From Bilabrum cf. latius (lineage: Eukaryota): a DNA stretch of 64,000 bases. Numbering within the stretch: the first letter of the stretch is position 1; each line of letters begins with the position of its first letter. A model generated the notes under the pieces. The model saw nothing but the letters and a program-made list of their open reading frames with translations, searched no databases and had not been told where the DNA came from. This document shows, in pieces, positions 12,001-24,182 of the stretch. The stretch covers positions 868,001 through 932,000 of the forward strand of contig OZ237741.1 of assembly GCA_965178125.1 (NCBI GenBank), written 5' to 3'. The position numbers and the translations under genes were made by a program.

Positions 12001-15000
12001 CCGGCCCCGGGCTGCTCGACTACGAACATGGCACAAGACGGTTTGAGGCCGTGCTGACAGCCACTGACTCGCACAGCACTACTCCGCTCAGCAGCGCTAC
12101 CACCATCGTGATCAATGTGAATGAGGTGGCTGAGGCGCCCTACTTCGACACGGCCCGGCGGATCCCATCTTCTGCGCGGTTCGACGTGACCATCGAGGAG
12201 GGCGCGGCGGAGGGCACTGCTGTCCGCATGGCTGATGCCGCCGAGGAGGCCACGCCGGGACAAGGCGCTGTGGCTGTGCTGATGGCGCGCGAGGACGATG
12301 TGGCTGACAACGGCACGGTTCGGTACACGATCCGCGCCCCCACTGGCGCGTCACCCACATCACAGAGCACTCGCGCGTGCGGCAGTGCAGTGACCATCTT
12401 GGGCGATGGATCTAGCGGGTCTCTCGGTGTTGGCCAAGCAGGTGTGCTCGACTTTGAGCTGAGCCCCAGCTTCCGGTGCACCATCGTGGCTACGGATGGG
12501 CGCGGTGCCTCAGACACGGCCGACGTCTTCATCGCGCTGATCGACTCGAACGACTACCCGTCTGTGCCTGCCGACCAGGTCCTGGCTGTGGCAGAGGACG
12601 CTGCGGCAGGCGCTGCTGTGGGCACAGTGTCCATCTCTGACCCCGACTCTCGGGAGGAATGGCGCAGCTTCGAGGTGCTGCTGGCCGGCGATCCCAGTTT
12701 GCTGGTTGCGCAGAACGCTAGCTCCTCTCCTGACCAGGGTGACGGTGACGAGGACGATGGGGTTGAGGTGGGCGGCAACTCGACAGCCCCGGATGCCGGT
12801 GACCAGGGCACCACTGGGAATAACACCGCTCCCAGCCCGCAGGCTGTGGAGGACGCCATGGTGTACGAGCTGTTCGAGATGGATCGATCGTCTGGCAGCC
12901 TGCGTCTGAGGCCGGGCCAGCAGCTGGACTGGGAGATGCGGGCCTCGTACGAGGTGCGTGTGATCGTGACGGATGGAGGCGGTCTCCGCACGGATGCATC
13001 TGTCACGGTGCGCGTGCAGGACGTGGACGATGCGTTCATCTCTGGGTTCAGGTACATGGAAGACACGGACGCTGCCATCGGGCCTGATGGCACAGTGATG
13101 GGCGAAGGCATCGGTGGTGAGGACGGTGGCTTTGTGCAGCCTGGTGCGGGCGACAATGCGACGGCTGGTGGTGGTGGCATCGGTGCCGAGGGTGGCAGCG
13201 TGTAGTACGGCACGGTGGGCGGCGACTGGGTTGTGCTTCAGGGGTCTGGCTTCTCTCCAGTGCAGGCTCGCGTGGATGCCGAGAGTCTCGACCTGAGCAC
13301 GTACCAGCTGACGGCTTCCTATGGGCCTGCCTCTGATCCCACTCGATACACTGCGTCTGAGTGCCGCTTTGAGCAGGCCGGCTTTGAGGTGGCCTGCAGG
13401 GTGGTCGAGGGTGTGGGTGCTGGGCACGTGTGGGTGCTTCGGCTGCTTGACTCGGCCAACGCGCGCGATCACTCGGCATCATCGACCGAGTCCTCTGCTA
13501 CCACGTCTTACTCGGCACCGTCGATCACGAGCGTGGCAGGCGTGGGCGGGACAGGCAACATCCTGTCAACTCGCGGCGCGGCTGATGACACCGTGTCCAT
13601 CGTAGTGGAAGGCGCCGACTTCGGGCCGGTGGGCACGCTGGTGCAGCTGAGCTACGGACCCGATCTGGCAGAGAATGCATTCGCGGCTCGCGACTGCCGT
13701 GTGACGAATGCGCACGTGCAGATCACGTGCCACCCTGTTGCTGGTGTGGGCGGGCCTCTAGAGTTCATTGCTACAGTTGGTGGCCAGATATCCGTGGGCT
13801 TCGGCAGCTCGGTGTCGTACGAGACCCCGACCGTCACCTCAATCATGGTTGGCGCGGATGAGTCGAGCTCCGTTGGTCTGGACTCGCTGCCTACAGCTGG
13901 TGGGCCCATCATCTCTATGACCGGATCCGGCTTCGGGCCTGCTCTGGCCCAGAGCCACCCCATCGTGCTGGCGGGCCTCGACGTGCGGGCCACTTTCGGT
14001 GGTGCCAACTCGACCCGATTCATGGCGGTGGGATGCGAGGTGGTGCGTGATCACGACATGGTGAACTGCACGCTGCCACAGGGTCTCGGTAAGATGCACT
14101 CGTGGATCGTGTACGCTGGCGGCCTGCAGTCGACTCCCACATCTGGTGCCCTTCGTACGTCGTACGCTATCCCTACAGTGACAAGTGTGGGTGGCCCCGG
14201 TGCGGTAGCAGGCTCCACTCGCGGTGGACTGGAGCTGCTGGTGAGCGGCACTGACTTCGGGCCTACCGGCTGGACTACCGAGGACTACGCAGATCTGGGT
14301 CCTCACGGTGACAACAGCTGGATGGCGGGCGGTGTGTCCATCATGCCAAGCGTGACGTACGGTGGACTCAACTCGGCTCGGTTCCTGGCTGCGTCTTGCC
14401 GTGTATCGCTCGCGCATTCGCAGATCACATGCGTCACGTCGGTCGGCACTGGCGCGAACCACACCGTGCGTGCCGCGGTGGGCGGTCAGATGTCTGAGTC
14501 CACTATGCCCGCTGCTGCTGAGACCAGTGAGGATGCCGATGGCCTTGTGGATGAAGTCGAGGTGACGACCGTCAGCTATGCCGCGCCCGTTGTGTCTCTG
14601 TACGAGGGCGAGGGCGCTGTGGACGCCAGCACACCAGGCGGGGACGTGGTTGTGATCAGGGGCGAGCACTTCGGGCCCGTGGGCAAGGCCTTCTTGGATG
14701 AGGTCAGGTACGGGCTGGAGGAGCGAGACGTTGACTTGGAGGAGATGGACCGCAGGGGACTCGAGTTCGATGCCACTGCCAGCTGCAACGTGACCGTGGC
14801 GCACGAGGAGATCACGTGCGCCAAGCAGCCAGGCGCCGGTGCTGGCCTGAAATGGCGTGTCATCGTGGATGGGCTGGAGTCGAGGCAGCCCACCACGGCG
14901 TACGCCGCACCGAGCGTGTCGGCTGTGATTGATCCTGCCACTGGTGACTCCAATGGCCTCGTGGTGACTGACGCATGGACAGATGGCGGGCAGGTGTTTG

Positions 15001-18000
15001 AGCTCACGGGCGAGAACTTCGGACCTCCCATGGCGCAGGCCCCGTTCGGGCGCGTGTACCTGGACTCGGTACGGTATGGCGCATCGGGGCAAGAGTATGA
15101 CGCCAGGAACTGCACCGTGCTGTCTCACGAGCGGATCCGCTGTCGCACGGCAGCTGGTGTGGGCCGGGGCCATGTGTTCCGGGTCACTGTGCGCGGACAG
15201 TCCTCTGCCCTGAACCCCACAGCCACCCTGTCTTACGCGCCTCCTGTGCTGACAAACGTGCAGCCCACGAACGGTCCCACGAAGGGCCTCGTTGCCGTGA
15301 CTGTGGATGGGACCAACCTCGGTCTTCAGGACTCTCGCATCCGATCTGGCGATGCTGGCGATGAGTCGGGCAGCTCGTCTCAGTCTTCACTGCGTCTGCT
15401 GTTCGGGTTCCCCGACGGCACCACCGGGCATGTTGACTCGACCCGCGCTGTGGTGCTGCAGTCCGCCGGCACCACGACAGCCCCTGCGCACCGCGTCACG
15501 TTCCTGCTGCCCGAGGGAGAGGGCTCCGACCTGGGCGTGCAGGCACTGGTGGACCCGGGACAGGGCCCCTCGTCCTGGCTGCGGTCGAACGTGGTGGCAT
15601 TCGACTACGACAGCCCTGCACTGACCCGGTTGCATGCCGAGTTGTTCGATCCGATCGATCGCCCGACCGACTACCGCATCACGGCAACAGGCACCAACTT
15701 CGGTCCCAGCCCCGTGTTCGTGGTGGGCGAGGCCCCGCCTCAGGTGGGCTTCGATCCCCCCACGTGTCCAACCACCAGTCAGGGCGTGCTGCTGCTGGCC
15801 CGCTGGGAGGTGGCTGCGCATTCTGAGTGCGAGATCGTGTCGGGTCACGAGCAGGTGAACTGCATCGTGTCCAATGTGGAGCGGGGATGCGTATGGGTGC
15901 AGGACGGCACGGGCCGCGAGACAGCGGGCGTGTTGTTCGAGTCAGTGTCACCGTCCATCGCAGAGCGAGGCGATGGCGAGGTCAGGCCCGACTTGGCCAC
16001 CCGTGGCGGCACTGTGATCACCATGCGGGGCACGGCTTGGTCCACAACCGCTGGCGTGATGTCTGTGGACGTGGACGGCAGCCCGTGCACGAACGTGTCA
16101 GTGCGGTGCGTTGATGCCGCCCCGTGCACCGCCGCCTCAACGTACGAGCTGACGTGCACAGCACCTGCAGGACAGGGTGCAGGCATCGGTGTGACGGTGC
16201 TCCGAGGCGGCGTGGCATCGCTTCCTGACTTCGACTGGAACTACGCTGCGCCGTCGGTGTCATCTGTGAGTCCCTCGCTGCTGCCCACCTCTGGTGGCCG
16301 GACCACGATCACTGGCATGAACTTTGGCGCTGTGCCTGGGGATGCCGGCGTGGTGGTTGATGGCGTGAATGTGGACGTGGTGTCTTGGGACCACGAGGAG
16401 GTGGTGCTAGATGTGAGGGAGGGACAGGGCGCCGCCCGTAACGCCTTTTTGGACAATGGCCGGCTATCGGATTCCTTCCAGATCGGATATATGGCTCCTT
16501 CCGTGGCGTCAGCTGCCCTTGTTGGTGGTGGCGAGCTGGATGTGCCTTCTCGCGGCAGGGTCAACGTGACGCTGGCAGGATCGAACTTTGGCGTGCAGGC
16601 ACCCGCCGTGCATCTCGTGTGGAACCCGTCTGTGCCTCGCGCGCTGCCAGCCCCCTTGGATGGTGACGGCAACCCGTTGCCTACCCCTGTGGAGCCAGCC
16701 GTACCTGCACCGCTGGAGTGCATGACTGTTGGCTGGACACACACAAGCGTGACTTGCACCGTGCCCGCCGGTCAGGGTGCCGGGTGGGGCTGGCGCGTGA
16801 CAGCTGGTGGGCAGTCCAACGACGCTGCCGCGGCGGAGGCAGCCTTCTAGTATAACGCCCCTCGGGTGCTTGGCTTTGCCTCCGAAAACGATGCCATGTC
16901 GCTGGTGGGCGGCTCTCGGGACCCGTCTGTGCCTCTGTTCCCGACTGAAGGCGGAGTGGTGGTGAATGTGTCGTGCGCGGATTGCGGTACGATGGGTGCC
17001 GTTGTGCGCGTGCTGCCGACCCCCGATGCTGGTGAGGCTGCCGCTCGCCGCGCGCAGACCGGAAGTGGTCCTGCGTGGTTCGGTGCCGTGGTGCCTGTGC
17101 TATCGCAGGACCATGACCAGATCTCCTTCGTGCTTCCCGAGGGCCAGGGCGACGGTCTGATGATCGATGTGGTGGTGATGGGCCAGCGCAGTGCTGGTGC
17201 CAGCGACTTCGAGTACGATGCCCCGTACATCGCGTATGTAGCCATGCCAGCCGAGGTGCCAACTCGAGGCACGTTCGCCGAGAGCATCGCACCTGAGGAC
17301 AGGGCAGCCATGCGCGTGCTGGGCCACTCGTTCGGAATTGCGGCCACGGCGCGCACTGAGATGCGGCTGCTGCCTCCTCGCATCGACGGGGCCATGGAGG
17401 TGACGCAGGACGAGTTCTTCGCCTCTCCGCCGCTGCAGGCCACCGACGAGATGGGCCGTCCTCGCGGCGTACCCACCGCCCGCATCCCCCTGAGCCTTCG
17501 ACCAGACGTGGCCGAGCCCAGTGGATATGCCCTCGACACCTCGGGGGCGCGCTTCCACTCGCATTCTGAGATCCCGGCTGGGGTGCCCCAGGGCTATGGC
17601 CGTGACCTGCGACTGGTGGTGGCAGTGGACGGGCGCCTGTCAAACCCCGTGTCGGTCAGCTACGATGCCCCCGAGATCTTCTTTGTCAGTCCCAACCAGC
17701 CCAGCGCAGCCGGCGACACCGTGTTGATTTTTGGCACCAACCTCGGCGAGACCCCGCCACTGCCCGGTGACGGTTTCTTGGTGAGCATCGGAGGTCTGAA
17801 CTGCACCAATGGCGGCGGCAGGTGGACGCTTGACTCCGCCGCTGTCCCGCCTGAGCCATTTCTGGAGTGCGAGACCATGGAGGACCGCGCTGGCCGCAAG
17901 AACATCTCCGTGAGCGTGGCTCTGCAAGAGACCAGGTACAACGACGAGCTGTCCCTGCGGCTGTCTGCCGAGTGCGACAACGACTACTATGGTGACAACG

Positions 18001-20414
18001 GCGAGTGGTGCCTGGATTGTCCCGTGGGTGCCGACTGCCCTGGTGGACCGGTGGACCCCGTGTCGCTGGCTGGGTTCTTCGACATGCGGCCCAACATCTC
18101 TGCAGCTGACCCCAACAAGCGGGACGAGCTGGCATGCCCGGAGGAGCGCCGTGGGGAGGTGTCCCAGGAGCTGCGATCCTACTGCTTCCACTTCTTGCCG
18201 TGCCAGCCACAGGACGCGTGCCTGGGCAACAACGAGTGCTCCGCGGCGTACACAGGTCCGCGGTGCGCCGAGTGCTCCGAGGGCCATTTCCGGTCTACGC
18301 TGGGCGTATGCGAGGAGTGCCCCGACAACCAGTGGGTGATCCTGATCCTGTTTGTGGTGGCAGTTCTTGCCATGGGTATCGGTGCGTACTTCGTGGCCAA
18401 GGCTGACATCCAGATCGCACCCCTGAGTCTGAGTCTGGACTATGCCCAGGTGCTTGCCATCCTTGCTCGATCCAAGGTGCCGTGGCCTCCGATCGTGCTG
18501 AACATCTTCCGCATCCTGTCGGCCTTCAACCTCAACATCGACATCGTGGCCCCTCAGTGCATCGTGCCCAACGTGGGCTACATCGCGCAGTGGACTGCCA
18601 TCATGCTGCTGCCCCTCGCGGCTTTGGCAATGTTCGGGCTGTGTCACGTGTCTCTGTACCTGTACAAGCTGGTGGTGCTGGGCCGCCCCAAGAGCAAGCG
18701 CTGCAACCACTATCCTATCCTGCTCATGATGGGCTCTGGCTCGCTGTACATCCTGTACCTGCAGCTCACACGCACCATCCTGGACGTGTGGAACTGCAGT
18801 CCCACCACCCCACCTGACGGCAAGCTATACCTTCAGGTCGTGTTCGAGGAGTGCGGCAAGCCAGGCGGCGTGTAGATGACGCTGCTTCCGTTCGCCATCA
18901 TTGCTTTTGCAGTATACACTGTGGCATACCCAGTGACTGTGGCCGTGCTGCTGTACAGGAGCCGTGACCTGATCGTGGAGGACCAGCTGCTGAGGGCGCG
19001 CGGTCTTGGCAAGGACCGTGCCACCAACCCGCATGCCTTCGACACGCGCAAGAGTCTGCACAAGCTGTACTACTTCTTCCGTCCTGTGGTGGCCCCGTAC
19101 TGGATCCTGACCATCTTGGCCCGCAAGTTCGGTGTGGCTGTAGTGAGCCTGCTGTTCGTGAATAATGCTGCGTACCAGCTGGCCACCCTGCTGCTGGTGG
19201 TGTTCCTGAGCTACACAGCCCAGGTGTACGTGATGCCGTACATGTCTCGCGAGGACATGGCCGATGTCATCCGCGACCATGAGCAGCGCTGCGAGGACGG
19301 CGATGTGCTGCACGTGACCATCAAGGGCAGGCTGCAGCGCGTGTTCCAGGACCGTGCCAAGGCCTGGGACCGCCGCCGCTTCGGGTAGGGCATCAGCGGC
19401 AGTGCCAGCGACGACTCGCTGATGGCGTCTGTGACTGCGGCCGCCACCCAGTGCGCTGTGTCGTACAACACTCTGGAGAGCACACAGCTGGCGCTGACTG
19501 TACTGATCGCGCTGTCTGGCGTGTGCTTCCAGTCGGGCCGCTTCGACGACGAGTTGATCGGGGTGCAGTCGAGTCGCGCTATCGAGCGCGATGTGCTGAC
19601 AGTGGTGACCATGATGCTGATCTTCGGCGGGCTGATCTTCTGCGCTGTGTCCATCGGCCTGGAGGTGTACACGTCTCTGAACGAGCAGCGGCGCAAGGAC
19701 GCGCTGAGCAAGGCCGGACAGGGCAAGGGTGGCAAGGCTGGCAAGGGCAAGGCCGGCCCCATGTCCCAGCGCGCCATGAAGGAGCTCCAGCGGCTCAGGG
19801 ACCTCGAAACCGGCGGCAGCTCGGCTGCCGGGGACAGCGGCGGCGCCGGTGGACTGGAGATGTCCGGCGGCAACGCGGAGTCTGCGTCCGGCGTGGGCGT
19901 GAACCCGATGTTCCTCGGCTCCGGGTCCTCCAAGGGGGCCGACACGGGTGCCAAGGCCGATGAGGCCCTCCTGGCTACTGACGTGCCGGACGCCGCGACA
20001 TGGCAGTTCGTGCGGAACCACGTGCGCGAGCTCAAGGCGGAGGTGCAGCGCCTGCGGAAGACCGAAGGCATGGCCGGAATGGGCGACAACCTGTCCACTG
20101 GAGTAGCCAGTGAGGGTGCTGGTCGCCGAGTGCGTCGTGCCGGTCGCACTGGATCGGCCGGCCGGTCTCGGAATGCCTTCGGCCCCACCAAGGCGGAGGG
20201 TGCGGCGTCGCCAGGCGCAGCCGGCGCTGTGGACATCCGGCGTGCTGGACGCAACTCCCTGCGTGCTGGCCGGGCCGGTGGGTCTCGGCGCGGGCTACTG
20301 AGCCGGACCGCCTCTGGCTCGGACCAGACGCAGAACCCGTTGACTCGCTCCAGGGCCCGGTCGACGAGCACGGGCAGCAATGGTGCCGTGAGTGTTACTG
20401 GGGAATCGCAGTGA
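6008..20414 (+). CDS. Giant cadherin-repeat surface protein with ~9-TM C-terminus (nonagonal-cadherin-like), copy A, ~4,573 aa
   Basis: Inferred exons 6008-6065, 6233-6274, 6453-6723, 6815-7201, 7352-7996, 8096-20414; all GT-AG, phases compatible, total 13,722 nt. Signal peptide MLRY(Q)YLLAGLLAAAVLTTGTQA; SCSNGRKDINEYGVDCGGAC motif; lectin-like beta domains; 2 sushi/CCP; ~9 cadherin repeats (DYE, AxDPD, DxNEPP; ~9750-13030); ~11 IPT/TIG repeats (GxxFGP; ~13200-17970); Cys-rich EGF-like; ~9 TM helices (18330-19670); cytoplasmic tail. 10 in-frame TAGs; ends TGA. Confidence 0.88.
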
Positions 20415-20550
20415 GTGGAAGTTTCTGCGCTTGTTTTCTTCTTTTCTTTTGAGTGTTTCTTGCTTGTGGGATGTTTGGTTTGGCGCTCTCCAGTGCGGTG
20501 GAGGAGAGCGCTGTTCGCTGAGCTGATCTGGTGTTGTGCTTGGTGCTTGT

Positions 20551-20826
20551 TTGGACGTGCGCCCATTGTGCGCCACGCTTCTGGGTTCCTGATCCGCCCC
20601 GGGGAGGCCTTCGCCCGATGTGCTGCTGACCTGCATGGATGACCGAGAGCCTTTGGCTCACACACGATGCATCGCGATCCACCTAGTGTCGCCCTTTGCA
20701 CTTGCAAGGGGGCACACGGGTGGGGTCGTGATGTGTTTGTGTGCGTGATTCCGTGCATGCAGTGAGCACTTCTAGAGCAAAGCCGCCCGGGGACTGGCAG
20801 GACCAAAGCGGCTACAGAGTCCAAAT
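20551..20826 (+). other. Conserved non-coding block downstream of cadherin copy A (3' UTR / regulatory candidate)
   Basis: Near-identical to the reverse complement of ~40016-40294, although the preceding ~200 nt (C-terminal tail and proximal UTR) do not align; TGA occurs early in all three sense frames. Confidence 0.7.
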
Positions 20827-21217
20827 TGAAGCAGCTTGTACAGGCCACCTGATGAACGATGGGCATCACCAAATGCTGGCCATCGTTCGATGAGGGTGTC
20901 CCATGCCTTGGTGTAGTCTCAGCGTGATTTCGCTTGACCAGTACTTGTTTTCACAATTAGCAATAGTGTCTATATCCGGGCTATGACAGCACTGCACACT
21001 AAAGACTCTGACTTGGCAATGCACCTACTCAACTGGCTAGACTAGCCTAATGAGACTGAATGCACTAGAGCTATGGTGGGTACTCGGGATGCGACAAAAT
21101 TTCCAGCGCAATCAAACCGAAATGATCAGTAAAACACATGGGACGTCCGCTCGGCGGCGCTTGCGGCAGGCGGCCCGGCCCAGATAGGCCTTCGTTGTCA
21201 CCCACTTGCATCAAACC

Positions 21218-24035
21218 TCACGCATGACCAGCTGCACCTCCCTGCACGGGGGACTGCACGTCCACAAGCGCAGTCCCATTGCCAGCCGACACCACCGCAC
21301 CACTGGCATTTGCCACCTCCTTCGCATCCTGACCATGGGCCGCCTTCTCCTCCTCGTCGATGGTCGTCTTGAGGCTGGTGTGGCCTCCGCACTCGAAGTG
21401 GATGGGCGTCTTAGTGGGGCTCTCCGCCTTGTCGATGATGTAGCACACCAGGATGGTGTCAATGGTGATCTGGAATATCGAGAAGAAGGCGACAGCCACG
21501 AAGTACGCGAAGATGAAGGTCACCAGCACGGGCAGCCAGGAGCTGGTCAGCTCGTACTCTCCGCCTGCCTTGTAGCTATCGGTGGAATCGATCCAGTACC
21601 AGGCCACCCACGCGCTGGCAACAGAGAGCAGGATCTTGCCCAGGAATGTGACGAGCGACGCCAGCACGGACAGCACGGAGAACAGGCCGAAGTTGCTAAT
21701 GATCAGCTTGAGGACGTCACCGGTAGCGTAGCAGAAGCTGTAGCCCTTGATGGCTGTCACGATGAGCACGTTCCTCGCGAGTGTGTCCACCAGCCACTGG
21801 AGGCAACCGAGGCAGGACCGGATGCAGCAGATGACGTACTGCATGATGATGTTGGGCTCGCCATTGCTGGCCTCCTTGATCTTGTTCACGATGTACTCAA
21901 ACACGGCGCGGATGAACTGCACGAGAGCGATCAGGAACGACGCGAAGGCGATGGTCCCAAGGTGTGTCTTGATGATGAGCCACAGGTTGGAGAACACGTA
22001 GAAGCCACCCCAGCAGCAGGGGTTCCGGGTGTACACGGGCACCTCCTTGGACTCGCAGAAAGAGCCGTTCTCGCCCACCCTCTTGTCCATGCTGAAGTAC
22101 CACCCCGCGATGGTCATGCCGATCGACATGGTGCCGATCTGGATGATGAACTGGTTGGTCCACAGAAGGCCAAAGAAATGGTACGCCAGCAGGTACTGGC
22201 TGATGTCGTTCGTCTCGAATGACTCGAAGGTTGCATTCGCGTTTGCCAGTAGATCGCTGCTAGCCGTTGAGTTCGAGAAGGGCAGGTTGGCAGTGGCTGC
22301 CTCGACCGACGCCGTCACGTCCTGCTGACTGATCTCGCCTGCAGTTGCGAGGGCAGCTGCCACGTACAGCCACCACAGGTAGAAGCACACGAGTCCTGCC
22401 ACGGTGGTGAGCGGGAAGAAGATGATGGCCGGGTTGGAGTACACGGCGATGGCTGACACCGAGATGATGTTGATGGCATTCTGGATGCTGTTCCGCATGG
22501 CAATGACCAGGGCCAGCAGCAGGATGCAGCACACGGTACCGACGTATGCCATGATGGCGTACGCCTGCTCAGAGTCCTTATCCGAGTTAAGGCTCTCCTA
22601 GAAGGTGCTGTCGCCCTGTTGGGCAAGGGCGTCTTCCAGCCCGGGCACGTCCTCCACCACGAGGATGCCGCCGAGGAAGTAGAAGTAGAATGTCAGCGCG
22701 ATGCTGCCGAACAGAGTCAGCAGGATGGTGGTCCATACAATGACGCAGGTGCAGTATCGAAGGAAGACCATCCATGCGAAGCCAAGGACCACGCCGATGA
22801 TGATGGAGCTGACGAAGATCACCGAGGCAGTCAGCTGGATGTCAGCAAAGTACCGGCCCCAGGTCATGCCCGCCGAGTTGAGGCTGTCAAAGAGCAGGTT
22901 GGGCTGTGCGGTGCGGATGACCGTTCCGTTGTTGTTGTCCTCTCGCAGGATACAGGCTGGATCGTTGACGCTCGAGACACCCTCCGGCCGGATGCAGCGG
23001 CTCGAGGAGTCGGACGAGACCTCGTACTGCGGGATGCAGCGGTAGAAGGTGGCAGCAGTGTCAAGCGGGACCACCCAGCAGTTGCCCCTGATCTGGTTCT
23101 GGCACTCGCTCTGGGTGATGGTCCGGTTCGATGGGTTGTAGCGGGGGCCGAAGGCGATGCACGCCTCAACGTCGATCCGGTTCTTCCCTGCAAGGATCGA
23201 GCAACGTTTTGAAGCAAAAATAGTTCAAATAGTAACACCCTTTGCATATCTTCTGGCCATCGAAAGTCATGTTTCGACGCTGGGAACGGCGCGTGCCAGA
23301 CCCGACTCATCTCACCCCCCAGGTCGTACTCGTAGTTGCAGATGACCCGATCAGACGACTGCGGGCACTCCTCCACGCAGACGCCGTAAAAGCGGTACTC
23401 TGAAATGTCTTTGTCGTAGTTCACGAGGATGTCCTCGTTCGTCCTGGGGTAAATGATGTGGTCCCGAGACTCGAAGTCGTCCTGCCCGCACACGTTGCCC
23501 TCGTAGTCAACACCATAGACTGCAGCAATTAAAAAATAGGTAATGGGGCCGGATATTCATGGCAGCGACAAACTTAGCCATGGCAAGAGGAGCCAGTCGC
23601 ACTCGGGTAGACAAGCCAGTCTCAATCAATCAGGCTCACCAAGTCGAAAAGGGTTGCCTTGGGCCAAACCTATCGCTCCGATTACAATCATTCCGATCCA
23701 AAACACGATGAAGACGATGCAACAGATGATGTCGGTGCACCTGCGCGACATAGCAGAAAGAGCCGAAACTGTCGGTTTCGATGTGGTGCTGGCCGGTCCG
23801 GCTGGAGGCTGCTTAACAGCCTCCTCGCATCTCGCAAAAATAAAAGAAGAAACACGTGAAACAATTAAACTCACCCGCGCTTGCTGACTGGGATCATTCC
23901 CAGCGCTTTGTCATCCCACCGCTTCTCAGCGTATTCGATGCGAGGATCTACCTCTGCTGGCTTGTCAGCCGCTCCTCCGGCAGCCAACTACTGGCTATCG
24001 CCATTATCAGTACCCTAAACAGGATGTGTGCTCAT
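21218..24035 (-). CDS. Choline transporter-like protein (CTL / SLC44 / PNS1 family), ~811 aa
   Basis: Inferred exons 24035-23875, 23740-23640, 23519-23316, 23187-21218. Splicing rebuilds KRGCTDIICC and RLVYGVDYEGNVCG; also VCVEECP, HFFGLLWTNQF, HLGTIAFASFLIA, DTILVCYIID. 3 in-frame TAGs; ends TGA. Confidence 0.9.
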
Positions 24036-24182
24036 CGCGATACCCAAAGAAGTATGTAGGGATGCCCAGTACGACGAGAAGAATGCCCAGCGCCAGACCC
24101 GTTTCGATCTGGATATTTACAACAACACGCTACTTTTAACACACACGAACCTACTTCACCCACATTTTTTAGGGTTCTAAGC
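24036..24182. promoter_or_regulatory. Putative bidirectional promoter (CTL / GH3)
   Basis: 147-nt relatively AT-rich gap between divergent inferred start codons 24035(-) and 24183(+). Confidence 0.5.

Larger units (their letters stand above)
6008..20826 (+). repeat. Left arm of ~15-kb inverted segmental duplication
   Basis: Position x here pairs with 60792-x on the minus strand without indels from ~8096 to ~20338 (e.g. ORF starts 16866/43926 and 19422/41370); exons 3-5 have identical lengths in both arms (271, 387, 645 nt). Confidence 0.97.

Noticed and set aside
12510-20872. Long antisense and alternative-frame ORFs (e.g. 13839-15173, 17640-18710, 18825-20021, 19211-20872 and their mirrors; also 57884-59317)
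   Set aside because: Shadow ORFs expected from GC-rich codon bias opposite real genes; no domain-like content, and several are truncated differently in the two arms.
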